A DNA stretch of 64,000 bases from the human T2T-CHM13v2.0 reference genome, Homo sapiens (GCF_009914755.1 NC_060942.1); one strand, 5' to 3'; counted from the first letter of the stretch, positions 30,538-43,746 are shown. Numbers and translations: made by a program. Notes: generated by a model not told the origin, from the letters alone.

Positions 30538-30699
30538 AGAATCAGTTTTTTTTTTTTTTCTATTTTCAACCTTATTAGACCTACCTCAACCTGATTTTAT
30601 TTATTTATTTATTTATTATTTTTCTATTTTAGTAGAATCAGTTTTTTTTTAAGTGTAATCTTCCTAATTTGATTCCCTCTGTCATCTCAGAGTCCGTAT

Positions 30700-31103
30700 A
30701 TCCAGAACTTAGAATGTTTCCCCTCCTCATGCTAAACAATGTGGTTGATGCTGCACACTCCTGCTTTCCTTCTTGGAATCTGAAATTTTGATACATACCA
30801 GGCAGAGGCTCTGCCTATGTGACCTGCTCCCTGTAAAAGTCCTGGGCCCTGAGTCTCTAATGAGCTTCCCAACATATCACGTGTCATCACAGTTTGTTGC
30901 TATAGAATTAAGCATATTCCTTATGACTATTCTGGGAGAGGACCTTGGCAGCTTGTGCCTGGTTCCCCCAAGACTTTGCCCCTGTGCACCTTTTCTCTTA
31001 GCTTGGTATCATTTCCCTGTAATAGAACTTGGCTGTGAGTATGACCATATGCTGAGTCCTATAAGAGCCCTCCAAGCCAATCACCAAACCTGGGACCCTG
31101 ACA
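30700..31103 (+). mobile_element. MER68/MER21-family ERVL LTR fragment
   Basis: cctgctttccttcttggaatctg...ctgagtctctaatgagcttccc...tatgctgagtcct...gggaccctgaca. Confidence 0.65.
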
Positions 31104-31408
31104 CAGCTCTCACAGCAATTACATCATTTCTAGCCTCTTCTGTCTAACTTGAGGAGCCCTTCATCACTTCCTGTACCATCACTTCTGCAAGCTTTACCAC
31201 TGGATATGAGCATGTGCCCACTACTAACTAGGGTTACATCATGGTTTATGAAGTAAGGAATGGCAGTTCTTGGGAGGGTGGTTCTCAGCCATGAAAACTG
31301 GTTTCTGTTCTTAGTTCCCTGTTTGTTCTGCCACTTGCTGTTTAATTGTGAGTAATTCGCAATCTTTCTTGGTCTTAATATCCTTACCTATAAAATATCC
31401 TCAATAGC

Positions 31409-32113
<705 letters not shown>

Positions 32114-33224
32114 ATATCTTTACACTTAAGATCTGAATACAACTACAAATATGAATAACATCCATACGTATAATTTTGATTTTCAGTAATTTCTTACCAG
32201 TTTGCTGCTAAAAGGCATATTCTATCAAAGTTTATTGTAAAGTCAAACAGCTCTGTTAAGGGAGGCTCATCTTCTCTGTAATTTCCATTATGGAAAGTAA
32301 TTTTTATATAGTTTTGTTAAAGTTTCTAGAATTATCGAAAAATTAGACATTTAAAGGAAAATTAGACACTTAAAGAAAATGTAATATGCTATAAAATAGG
32401 AATAATACTTAAAATATCTTACTACAAGTTACTTTTCCCAAATAGTAGGATTGTTTTTGAAAGTTAATGTCAGAAAAATAAATAAATAAAAGATATCAGC
32501 AACTTAGTAGTTGGCAGGAAAGGGGTTGGGTTCCTGTCCAGACATTGACCCTCGTCCCTCAGGATGAGGCAGGTGACACAGATAAGAAACAGTCCCTTCT
32601 GAAACATTAAGAACCCCCTTAGCTAAATACATATCAAGATCAAAAGGTTTCAACAAAAGAGCCTAATGAAATACCTCTCTGAGTTTATTTACTACTGCTT
32701 ATGTTTACAAACCTTGCTAATTAGCCACTTCTAATACCACTTATTGTTGAAATATATTTTCCCAAGGATCAACAGAAGACAGGCAAACCCACTAAGAGAC
32801 CCATACGTAAGACTCTGAAGCCTTAAATAGGTTCCTGAGCTGGGCTTGTGGGCAGCCCCATGCCTCTGAGGTTTAAGTAACATCCATGTTTCAATGAAGT
32901 TGCGTGGCCAGTTGTTTTTACAATTACTTACAAAATAAACTGAAATTATATTTCACTATACTTCTGTGTAATTCTTGGCACAAAGGAAAGTGAATTACAA
33001 CTTGTGGATTGCAAAGTCTAAGCATAAGTACACGGCATTCTTGTCTTTGGAGAGCATTCACACTTTTAACCATCCCCTAAATTGAAGTTGCCATCACAAC
33101 TGAAAGCTGTTTCCAAACTCCTCAAGTGAATGTCCCCAGAGCAAAGACTTTCTGACGAATGGTCAGGCTGGCATGTACTAAGTAAGAAGGACAAAGGGAA
33201 AGGTGAGATACGCTGTAGCTAGAC

Positions 33225-33441
33225 TTCATCCATTTTCATTTCTGGATTTTTCTACTAAAAACTGAAAAGCAGAGCTTTCAAATCAGAGAAAAACTAGAGA
33301 ACAATTAGCGTAGCAAAGACATAAATAACAAACATTTTAAGAGGCATCATGCACGAAAGAAGAATTCCACATTTCCCTAGTTGAATTTACATGTGGATTT
33401 TGTTTAAATATGTATCCAATGCAGAGTTATAATCACTAACA
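33225..33441 (+). repeat. Arm 1 (donor) of a 217-bp inverted duplication
   Basis: Reverse complement of 34468-34684 with 7 mismatches and no indels (hand-aligned). Confidence 0.97.
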
Positions 33442-33492
33442 ATGGCCACTTCTCACAAGCATACATTAATGTTAGCAATCCGAAAATTTTAC

Positions 33493-33547
33493 CTCCAAAT
33501 CCTAAGAGAGACTTTGAGCACAGATAGAGACAGATGAAAGATGGCAT
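33493..33547 (-). CDS. EPB41L3: Candidate coding part of an alternative upstream EPB41L3 exon (MPSFICLYLCSKSLLGFG, phase-1 donor)
   Basis: ATG at 33547 with A at -3; 18 codons then G|GTAAAA donor at 33493. Acceptor TTTCTGTGTTTCACAG precedes 33617 and TATAAATA lies at 33745-33738. Assignment to EPB41L3 is inference. Confidence 0.4.
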
Positions 33548-33737
33548 GCTGCAGTGCAGCAATTTCAAAGTTACTGTAGCATTGACTCTCCGGCTTCTAT
33601 TCCTCCAGGAATATTCTCTGTGAAACACAGAAAGATCCCGGAAAGGTAAAAGCAATTGCTTTCTATCACATCCAGATTCTCTCCTTAAATTCAACACTCC
33701 AAAAATCAAGCCGGGGCAGGAAGCAATAACTGCACAG

Positions 33738-33745
33738 TATTTTAT
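33738..33745 (-). promoter_or_regulatory. Candidate TATA box (TATAAATA)
   Basis: Canonical TATAWAW on the minus strand about 250 bp upstream of the 33493 donor. Confidence 0.35.
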
Positions 33746-34334
33746 AGTGTCCTTCAGATTCTTCTTCTAATATTTCCCCTGGTTCCCAGTGTAGCTTCTC
33801 CGCATGACTGTGCAGCATTCTGCAAAGTGCTGTAGATCCCAGCAGCAGAGAAACAGAAAACCTAAAGTGTCATGGGGCCACCTATGACCACTGGCTTCTG
33901 AGCATCATCATTTTGCTTGATATTGAATTTTCAGTTTAGTTATGTATATATTGTTATCCTTATCTTTCACAATTGTCATATTAATACACATTTTGAACAT
34001 CTACAGATAGGGCTACTGAGATCAACAGGATAATTATACTGATTTTTGCTTTTAATTTTGCCAAAGACTGCATTGAAATTCTCCCCTTGTACTTTCTTTC
34101 TTCATATTTCCTTCAAAGGAGTCTGAGCTCATTTAACTTGCTTTATTCTCTAAAGTTCAACAATACTAGTAGGACTACACTGGCCACACCGATAAGCAGC
34201 AATCTGTACTAAGCAAAGAGGGCCAGTTCCAACCAAGCCAGTCCACTGATAGGAGGCTCCAGGGTTGGGGGGGTGGCGGGGTGGGGCAGGGCCCAGAGAG
34301 AGCAAAAAACAACATTTTTTTGGTTGTCTATTAT

Positions 34335-34725
34335 GCTGTATGCCAGCACTTACAGTTCCATTTGTAAACATTAATTTAATCCTAAGTCAACTCAGTGAAC
34401 ATTGTATTATCCACATCCCCATTTTTACAGATAAAAAAAGATCTCAAAATGATCAAGAAATTGTTACTGTTAGTGATTATAACTCTGCATTGGATACATA
34501 TTTAAACAAAATCCACATGTAAATTCAACTAGGGAAATGTGGAATTCTTCTTTAATGCATGATGCCTCTTAAAATGTTTGTTATTCATGGCTTTGCTATG
34601 CTAATTGTCCTCTAGTTTTTCTCTGATTTGAAAGCTCTGCTTTTCAGTTTTTAGTAGAAAAACCCAGAAATGAAAATGGATGAAACCAAGAAATTTGCCC
34701 CACATCTCCTGCAAACCAATAAGAA
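34335..34725 (-). mobile_element. MIR split by the inverted insertion
   Basis: cccatttttacagat...gatcaagaaatt [insert] caagaaatttgccccac follows the MIR core (ttaagtaacttgcccaagg). Confidence 0.65.
34468..34684 (-). repeat. Arm 2 (inserted copy) of the 217-bp inverted duplication
   Basis: Flanked by direct repeat caagaaatt at 34454-34462 and 34687-34695, with fillers gttac and ac. Confidence 0.97.
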
Positions 34726-34729
34726 GATG

Positions 34730-35560
34730 ACAATCTTACAGAAAAATGATCAAAGGATAAGAATAGACATTTTGTGGCAGGGAAAGCACATCATGCCCAT
34801 AAGCATGAGAAGTGGTGGTCAGCACCATTAGTAGTCAGATAAATGTAAATTAAACCCCAGTGAGAGAGAACATAATGCAATAAAGAGCCTCAATTTTATA
34901 CCCATTCACTTAGCAAAAAATGAAAAAGTCTCACAATTCCAGGTGTTGGAAGGAATGTGAATCCACATTCTAATGAGAGTGAAAAACTGGGCAACCACTT
35001 TGGAAAACAATTTGGTACTGTCTCCTGATGTTGAACATTCATACGCCCTACTACCCAGCAATTCTATTCCCACCCAAGAGAAACTGGCACATGTGCATAG
35101 GAGTTACAGTTACCTTCAACAGTGCTGAAACAGCTCCCTCCACAATAGCAAAATCGTGAAGACACCCACATGCTTATCAAGAAGACATTGTAAAAATAAA
35201 CTGCAGTATGTTTTACACACTGGAATATTAAACAATAGAACAAAACAGATGTTATTACAGCATATCACAATGTAGATGAAACTTCACAATAAAAAATCTC
35301 AGAGAATTATATACAACAAGATGTCCTTTTTAAAAACTTAAACACAATTAAAATTTAAAATTTTCTTTTCAGAGTGTAATAAGATTGCATAAACAGGAAA
35401 GTAAAGGCATACTTTACATGCCAGACAGGATGCTGTCTCTGTTAGGTGGAGAGAGAGGATAAGACAAGGAAATTGCCAAATGGTGAGATGAAGGTTATCG
35501 TCGAAATCCTAGCTGTTGTTTTGGCAGGTGGTTCATAGGTGCTTCTTATTTAAGATGTCT
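34730..35560 (+). mobile_element. Old L1ME fragment
   Basis: aaccactttggaaaacaatttgg...cccagcaattctattcc...aaataaactgcagtatg. Confidence 0.65.
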
Positions 35561-36324
35561 AATAGATAAGTAAAGAGGAAACACCGATGAGTACATATCA
35601 TTAACCAAAGATTATTAGTAATCTAATTTTGTACCTCTGAGGTCCTAAAAACACCCAAAGGACCAAGATAAAAACAACAAATCAACATAAATCAGGCCCA
35701 AGTCATCCAGTGATGCTTCAGGAGCTCAAATTCAGTCCTGCCAGGCTCCAAAGCCCAAGCTCTTCCTTTCTGAACTAGAGATCCAAAGCCATACAAGTTA
35801 CTCCCATTCTCTCATGATGATGAGTGACCTTGTCTATAGGTCATAGCCAGAGCTGATAAACTTATTTTTTCCAGGACTGTAGAAAGACAAGAAAGATATT
35901 ACCAATCTGACAGAGACTTCTGGGCAACAGAAAGTCTGAGCTAGGCTAGAATCCTGGACCTACCACATACTGTAACCAATGTCTCTAGATGGGAATGTTT
36001 CACTCTCTCAGCCTCAATTACCTTAGGATGTGAGGATTAGAGATGACGGTGAAGATGATGATCACGAAGACTGACACTGTTGGTTGCTTATAAGCCAGAG
36101 TTTTATCAACATTTTAAAATATGACCCTCAGTGCAACCTATAAGGCATGAATTACTATTAATCCCAATTTAAGGGTAAGGTGATTGAGAGAAAAAGAGCT
36201 TAAGAAATTTCCACAAGGTCATACAATTATGATGAAAGATGGCTGGCTCTCTCCTGGCTCCATTGCCCATGCTCTAAACGTCTAAGATAAGTACACACTT
36301 CTGTATAGAAACAGACACTCATTT

Positions 36325-36880
36325 ATGGATAAATACATATGTATACATATACTCTCATGTATAGATACACAAAAATGGGGTAGATACACTCATACACACA
36401 TATGTATAGACATGTGTATAGATACACTTATACACACAGATACACACTCAAGCACACAGACACACACCCATACGAATATGTATAGACACACATGTATAGA
36501 TACATACTCATACACATGTGTATAGGCACACAGGTATAGACACATACTCATGCCATGTGTATAGACACATATATAGATACATATACATACATGTATATAG
36601 ACACACATGTATAGATGCACTCACAAATATATAGATACAGACTCATATGCACATATAGGCACACATGTATATATACATATTCACATGCAAATATGTATAC
36701 ATATATAGATAAGTATACATATATATGCACACGCACATATACAATCATATATCCATTAGTATCAACACATATTCATACACACATATATATATAGATACAT
36801 GCTCATGCAGACATATGTATAGACACACATATGCATAAATGCCCACACTTATGCATATGTATTCACAAATACACACAAAA
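36325..36880. repeat. Degenerate (TA/CA)n purine-pyrimidine low-complexity tract
   Basis: About 550 bp of tatagatacaca/catgtata units. Confidence 0.9.
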
Positions 36881-37877
36881 TGCTGCCTAGCTTTTCCGGC
36901 ATTGCTCAAGAGATTCATTAACTGTTGTTAAAACTTCCTGCTTCGTCTCCCTCCAGCACATATCACATAGAGTAGTCCACGCAAGAAGCAACTCACCTAA
37001 AAATAAATGTAAACCCCTTGCAGAACCTGGCCTCATAACGTCCATTCTGGGGCTGCTACTCACACCAGCATTTGCGTTTGCAGCATAGCCTTCTTAGCAT
37101 GACCTGTCCCTCCACATCAGTGGCCATGGCAGCCTCTTATTGTATCTCAGTTTCTGCCTCTCTGGAGACTAAGTGACTCTCTGAGGGTCTGTGATTGGCC
37201 ACACAAAGTGAATTTGGAGGAAGCTTAATAGCCAATATTTGAAATCAGATTTTTCTAATTTTCAAAAAATCCACCAAGTCTTTGTGGTGTGACACAACCA
37301 AATGAAGAAAAATGTAGCATTATTTACATAAACATGTAGTGGATGAAGTCTAAAATGTAACCAGTGTTTAATGAATGATAGCAATATAATTATGAAAAAT
37401 AAGAATATTATTATTACTTTTGGAGAATCTGGTTTTGCTAAATTTATCTTTTCATATCTTATTTTTGAGCATTTTACTTTTGGGAGTTTACCCTTATAGT
37501 GTCTAATATAAGGTACACCAGTGAGTTTAATTTCAGTTACAAAAACAGTCTGTTAAACTAAATTTTAAGATACTAGAGACTCTAGAGAATAATGTGAAGG
37601 TAAATACGTTATCATTTTCAATATTTTTTGTTTATGTAAGTAAGTAGGATGGGTAAGAGTTAGAAATAAAATAAAGAAATGCAAAACAAACAAACTCAAA
37701 CCTCTCTAAACCCTTAATATCTCAACATATAAGAACCAAATACAGTTACTCCAAGGGGAAAAGGTGAATGTGAGCCTTCTCCAACAGCCATACCCACTCC
37801 ACAGTTTAGTTCTGCCTTATTCCATCAAACATAGTTTAGGTCTTCAAAACACAGAAATGAAACTTTTTAATGATTAA

Positions 37878-38180
37878 GGCCAGGCATGGTGGCTCACACC
37901 TGTAATCCCAGCACTTTAGGAGGCCGAGATGGGTGGATTGCTTGAGCCCAGGAGTTCAAGGCCATCCTGGGCAACATAGCGAGACTCTATCTCTACAAAA
38001 AGATGAAAAAATTAGCTCAGCCTGGTGGCATGCACTGTAGTCCCAGTTACTTGGGAAGCTGAGGCAGGAGGATGGCTTGAGCCCAGGAGTTTGAGGCTGC
38101 AGTGAGCTATGACTGTACCGCTGCTCTCCAGCCTGGGTGTCAGAGGGAGACCCTGTCTTAAAAACAAACAAACAAAAAAG
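37878..38180 (+). mobile_element. AluJ
   Basis: AluJ diagnostics; TSD gattaag. Confidence 0.93.
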
Positions 38181-39968
38181 ATTAAGATGTTGTGGTTTCA
38201 CACAAAAGGATGAAAAGGAACATAAATAAAGGTTTGGGATGTTCCGTTTTACATCGAACTAGAAACATTTGTTTTATGGTATCTTAGTAGAAAGCCCGAG
38301 TAGATTTAGAATTCAAAGACCACAGAGGCTTTTTCTCAAATTGAATCTCAAGGCAGTGGGGCTCCCTGGTCACTCCGTTTTGCTGGTATATCTTGGGAAA
38401 TGCAGTGAGGAGGCTGTAACATGACACCAGGCTAGAAAGCTGCCCAACACAGGAGAGGAGAAGACAACGGAGCAGCTGGGCCTGCTTCACACAATCCTCA
38501 TCTTAGAAGAAAACAGGTAAAGGAAAGAAGATGGGGTGGGGGGAGGACCAAGAACTTGGCAGCTGCCTCAAGGCTGCTTAGAGATCTGTGATTTAAATAT
38601 TTATCTCCACAGAGAATTGAACCACATCTGGAGCCTACAATTTAATTTCTCCCAACGTTAAACAGATGTTTACTTTTTAAATGCTAAACAGTATATGTTT
38701 AAGGATATTCTAAAACTAATGTTTTCTAAATATTACAAATGAAACTTGGTATTTTTTACAAGGTCCATGATGATTTTAACACAGAGAACATGAGTGCTAG
38801 AAAGGACTCACGCAATGAGCTATTCTAGCTCCCACTTTGGAAAGGAAGAAACTGAGTCCCCTATGGCTAAGTGACTTATTGATTCTACACAAATTGTTTA
38901 TGACTGAGCTATAAGTAGAATCTATGTGGTCATTTTCACTGTAAATATTTTAACCTCTCATAAAAATTTAAATATCCCATGGAATGACAGGGGCTGTCAC
39001 ATAGTGTCAGTGCAAACTTAAGAAGCTGGAGCGTCAGCAGAGGCAGTGAGGCATGCCCGGGAGTGGGGGCAGCCACTTTCAGGAGCCACTGCAGACATCA
39101 CTTCACAGCAGGGGCTGGGGAAACAGCTACCATAGGGTGATGGAAGGGACCCTGCGGATGAATCAGCCCTCATCACTGTGGGGGAAAAGTTGGTGAAAAG
39201 AGGTGGGAGAACGTTGGAAAGATTCTGGAATTTCTGAGACGCAGCTGAAGAGATGAGTCAGGAAAATAATATGCTGTGACTATTTTTACTATACTATTTT
39301 AACTGTCAGGTAGGGTGGCTGAGACAGTCAGACAACTGTCATAGAACACAGTAACTGTCCCTACCGCCCGCCAGATACTAGGCAAGGTACTCAACAGATG
39401 GTAGTTTTCAAAACTTCACAAAGGCCTCGTGAAATAGGCATTCTGCTACTCACTGCATAGAGGAAGTCTGGAGAAGTTCAGTGACCCCATGGCTGAGTCC
39501 AAATTTTAATCCATGTCTACCTAATTCAAGAGCTCTTCCCTGTCCAGAAAGCCCACAGCCCCAGTCATGACTCTTTAACCGGAACCACAGTCTATACAGG
39601 TCATTAAGAGTAGCACAATTCAAAATCAACAGGCTTTGATTGTTTTCCTTCCTTTTTCTTTTCAGAACATTATCTGGATTCAACTGACTGCAAGGGGAAA
39701 AGTTTACTTCCAGAAAATTATGCCAGGAGCAACTTCTTATTTCCTCATTTCTAGCATGTACTTTTCTGCAAATACGTCAACATGTCTGAAATCAGGATGT
39801 GAAAATGATTCATATATTTAATGCAATAGTGTTTTTCCCCTTAAATGCTGTTATTAAATTGATGGGGTAATCATACAGCATCTTAAAATTGAAGAGCTAT
39901 ATTTTTTTTTCAGATGATAAATGCCTTTGAAACTTTCAAGTTAGCCATTTAAAGGGACGTGGGTCTAG

Positions 39969-40271
<303 letters not shown>

Positions 40272-41469
40272 TAATTCTTAAATGCTTCTCCAACATGTTT
40301 CTGACCTGGGCTCCACCTTTGATGTATGGGTTCTCTACCCATAATGCCACTGGATATAAGAGCACAGCCAAGACAGCCAATAGCTGGGTCCTTTACCTCT
40401 GAGATTAAATCCCTAAGGATCAGCTAGGGCCTATGCTGCAGATCCAACATTCCTTGCATGGATTTGCTACAACAGAACGTAACCCGTCTGAAGCAAGTGT
40501 AATCTGGAAACATTCAATATGTGTGGTGAAAGTCATATTTTGTTGCTTTCATGGTTTCAGTTTAACATTAGCAGATCATCTAGTATTTATTAAGGAGACA
40601 GTAAGCTTTAACATAAATAGATGGGTCATTTCATAGTTTTATAAAGTTACTTAAGTTTTCCCAACCTTTTCCTCAACTGTAATGTGAATTTAGTGGTACC
40701 TACAGTATATAGGTGCTCTAAAGCTTGTTACCCATTGACAAAAATTATCCCCAAATTCTTTGTAGAATAAAATGAGGTATGAAGAAAAGACTAAACAAAA
40801 AGATAAAAGGATTGTGCCACGTAATAGATGTTCAATAAATGTTAGTTACCTTCTCTGAGTAAAATTGATGCTTCTTTTTATTGCAAAGGGAAGAATTTTA
40901 CCACTATAATCAACAAATAACATGAAAATAACTTACAACCATCAATGGTGAGACATCCCAAAGTATCAAATTATTTCATCTGATTCAAAGTGAAAATCTG
41001 TAGCAAATTGAAACGAAAGGCATACAGCTTCAAAGAGAAGACTGTCTTAAATAAAAAAATGAATATACAGCATGAGACGATGACTCAGAAAATTGGATTG
41101 CAGGACTGTGTGACTCTTACTGTCTCAGTCAATGGTTGCCTTGTGTAGAGGAGGTACAGTTTCCCAAAAATTAACATAATGATCTTTTTAATCCCTTCAG
41201 GAATTGTCTGATACTTTTCAAGAAAGAAGACTCAGAAACTGAAATTTAAAAGAAAAAGGAAAATAAACATGCCTAGCTTCTGCAGTTGAAGTTTAGCTTT
41301 TGCTCTCTTTGAGTTCTTCCAGTTTTTCTGATTGGAATCTGTGTTTCTAAGCTACAAGAAGTGGATGTTGAGTTTTAGCTGTGCTAAAACAATTGCTAAT
41401 GTGTGATCGTGTCTCTACTTGTTACTGCTACTCGAATAAGACATAAGGATCTTAAGATCTTAAATATTT

Positions 41470-41683
41470 ATGGTTTTTTTGGTTGTTGTTTTTTGTTTTT
41501 GAGTCGCCCAGGCTGGAGTGCCGTAGTGCGATCTGGGCTCACTAGTAACTCTGACTCCTGGGTTCAGGCAATTCTCCTGCCCCAGACTCCGGAGTAGCTG
41601 AGACTACAGGCATGCACCATCATGCCTGGCTAATTTTTGTATTTTTAGTAGAGACGGGGTTTTGCCATGTTGGCCAGGCTGGC
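41470..41683 (-). mobile_element. 5'-truncated Alu, antisense
   Basis: Right arm, linker and part of the left arm. Confidence 0.88.
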
Positions 41684-41814
41684 CAACAAGTAATTTAAAA
41701 CAAGCAATGCAAGTCCAGATCTATTTAAAAGATTCTATTGAATGCTGCTCTTCTGAACGTGTTAACCAAGCGATTTCCTCAAAGAGAACCTAAAAATTCT
41801 ATTATGCTTATTTT

Positions 41815-42335
41815 ATGCCATTAGGTCCCCAGATCTATCTCCTACCTTTCTTTGCTAGGCACTGTGCTATGGAGTTAGGGGGATGGTCCACTTCATGAAC
41901 TGCATCACTCAGGCTCTCTGACCCTCTGGTGTGGGTTGGCTTTGGCCAATGGGAGACACTATGAAGACTAAAGAATTAGCCTGAGAAGCGGGGGTATTTC
42001 TCCCAGGCTTCCTCCCTGCTTGGGTGTCATGTTTCTGCCAGTGGCTTCATCCCTCTGCCAGTGGCCTCATCCCTCGGCAAGGGCAGCTCTTGTTAAATGA
42101 CCTTCTACGAAGTCAGCTCTTAGTGGGCTCAGTTAACACTATTACCTCCCCTTACCATTTCAGCCCTAGGGGCAGTAACAACTTCCCACCATTACTAGCC
42201 CTTGGGGCTCAACACCAATGTCAGTTTCTTTTTTCATACCCCTCTATAAAATTCCCTGCATTCCATTCTCCAAAACTCACAGCTAAATGTGCCTCTGCTT
42301 CCTATGATGTGATGGTCCTAATTGATACATCCAGA
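41815..42335 (+). mobile_element. LTR33-like ERVL LTR
   Basis: ccctctggtgtgggttggctttggccaatgggagacac...ttcagccctaggggcagtaacaacttccc. Confidence 0.6.
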
Positions 42336-42553
42336 AATTAAGCCAATAGATAGTAAAATTTGTTCCTTACTTCAATAATTCAGTTACAGCAAAATTCTAT
42401 ATTTTGGCATATGTCAGACTTTTTAAAAGGGCATTTATTTGACCAAGCCACACTAGACAGTAGACAGAGAAGCTGAAAGATTCAAGAGGCAGATATTATA
42501 AGTAAATAGTCTAAATGATTTCTTTTAAAGCAATGTATTATACTGTGATTTTC

Positions 42554-42865
<312 letters not shown>

Positions 42866-43388
42866 TTATATTGTGATTTTCTGTGTGTGGTATTATTTAA
42901 GATAAATAGGAGTTCATGTATTGTAATTTAAGTTATTTCAAAAGATAACTATTTGGCAGCTTGATTATTCGGTTTGCTCTATGAAGCCTGACAACATAAC
43001 ACATTTACAGGCAGGTGTTGGAAAAACAGACTCAGTATTTGAGCCCTAAGGGTCCCAGGTAATTATAGTCATCAGTTTTTAATCTGTTCAGAAACCTCAC
43101 AGTTCTTTCACCCTGTACCTGTGCATGAATAAGCAGTAAGACCCTAACATATTAAAAGATCCTGAGTAATTATGAATAAATTACATATTTTAGTTTGCCA
43201 TGTTTATAAAATTTACTAAAATAGGTGCAAATGTATATCTTGGGCATGGAAATTAACTCATATAAGTTACTATATCTGCCAAAAATCAATTTGTAAGGAG
43301 AAAAATCTTAGGCAGCTTTGTGGAAATAGGAATATTCAGGAAGAAGCAGGGAAGGGCAGAAGTTAATCAAATGACCGTGGGCGTTAGA

Positions 43389-43746
43389 CAGCAGTCCCCT
43401 CTCATCTTTTAGCTTTTACTAAAAGTTTAGCTTTTGCACGTTCTTTTACATTTAGCTTTTGCACGTTAGTTTTGCACAGTTGACCCATGGTCAACTGTGG
43501 TCTGAAAATATTATTTTGAGAGAGAGAGACCATGTTCACATAACTCTTATTAGAATATATTGTTATAATTGTTCTGATTATTAGTTACTCTTAATCTCTT
43601 ACTGTGCCTAATTTATAAACTAAACTTTATCATAGGTATGTATGTATAGGAAAAAGAGTATATACAGGGTTCAGTACTATCTGAGGTTTCAGGCATCCAC
43701 TGGGGGTCTTGGAATGCATCCCCCAAGGATAATGGGGCACTACTGT
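43389..43746 (+). mobile_element. MER44A (TcMar-Tigger) non-autonomous DNA transposon
   Basis: TIR-like ends cagcagtcccc / ggggcactactg; internal ttttgagagagagagacca...caggcatccactgggggtcttggaa. Confidence 0.8.

Noticed and set aside
32337-32380. 19-bp tandem duplication gaaaattagaca(t/c)ttaaag
   Set aside because: Ordinary slippage duplication with two copies.
33404-33709. Full 101-aa minus-strand ORF as a standalone protein
   Set aside because: It starts at TTG and reads through the splice donor into arm 1; only the ATG-to-donor part is plausible.
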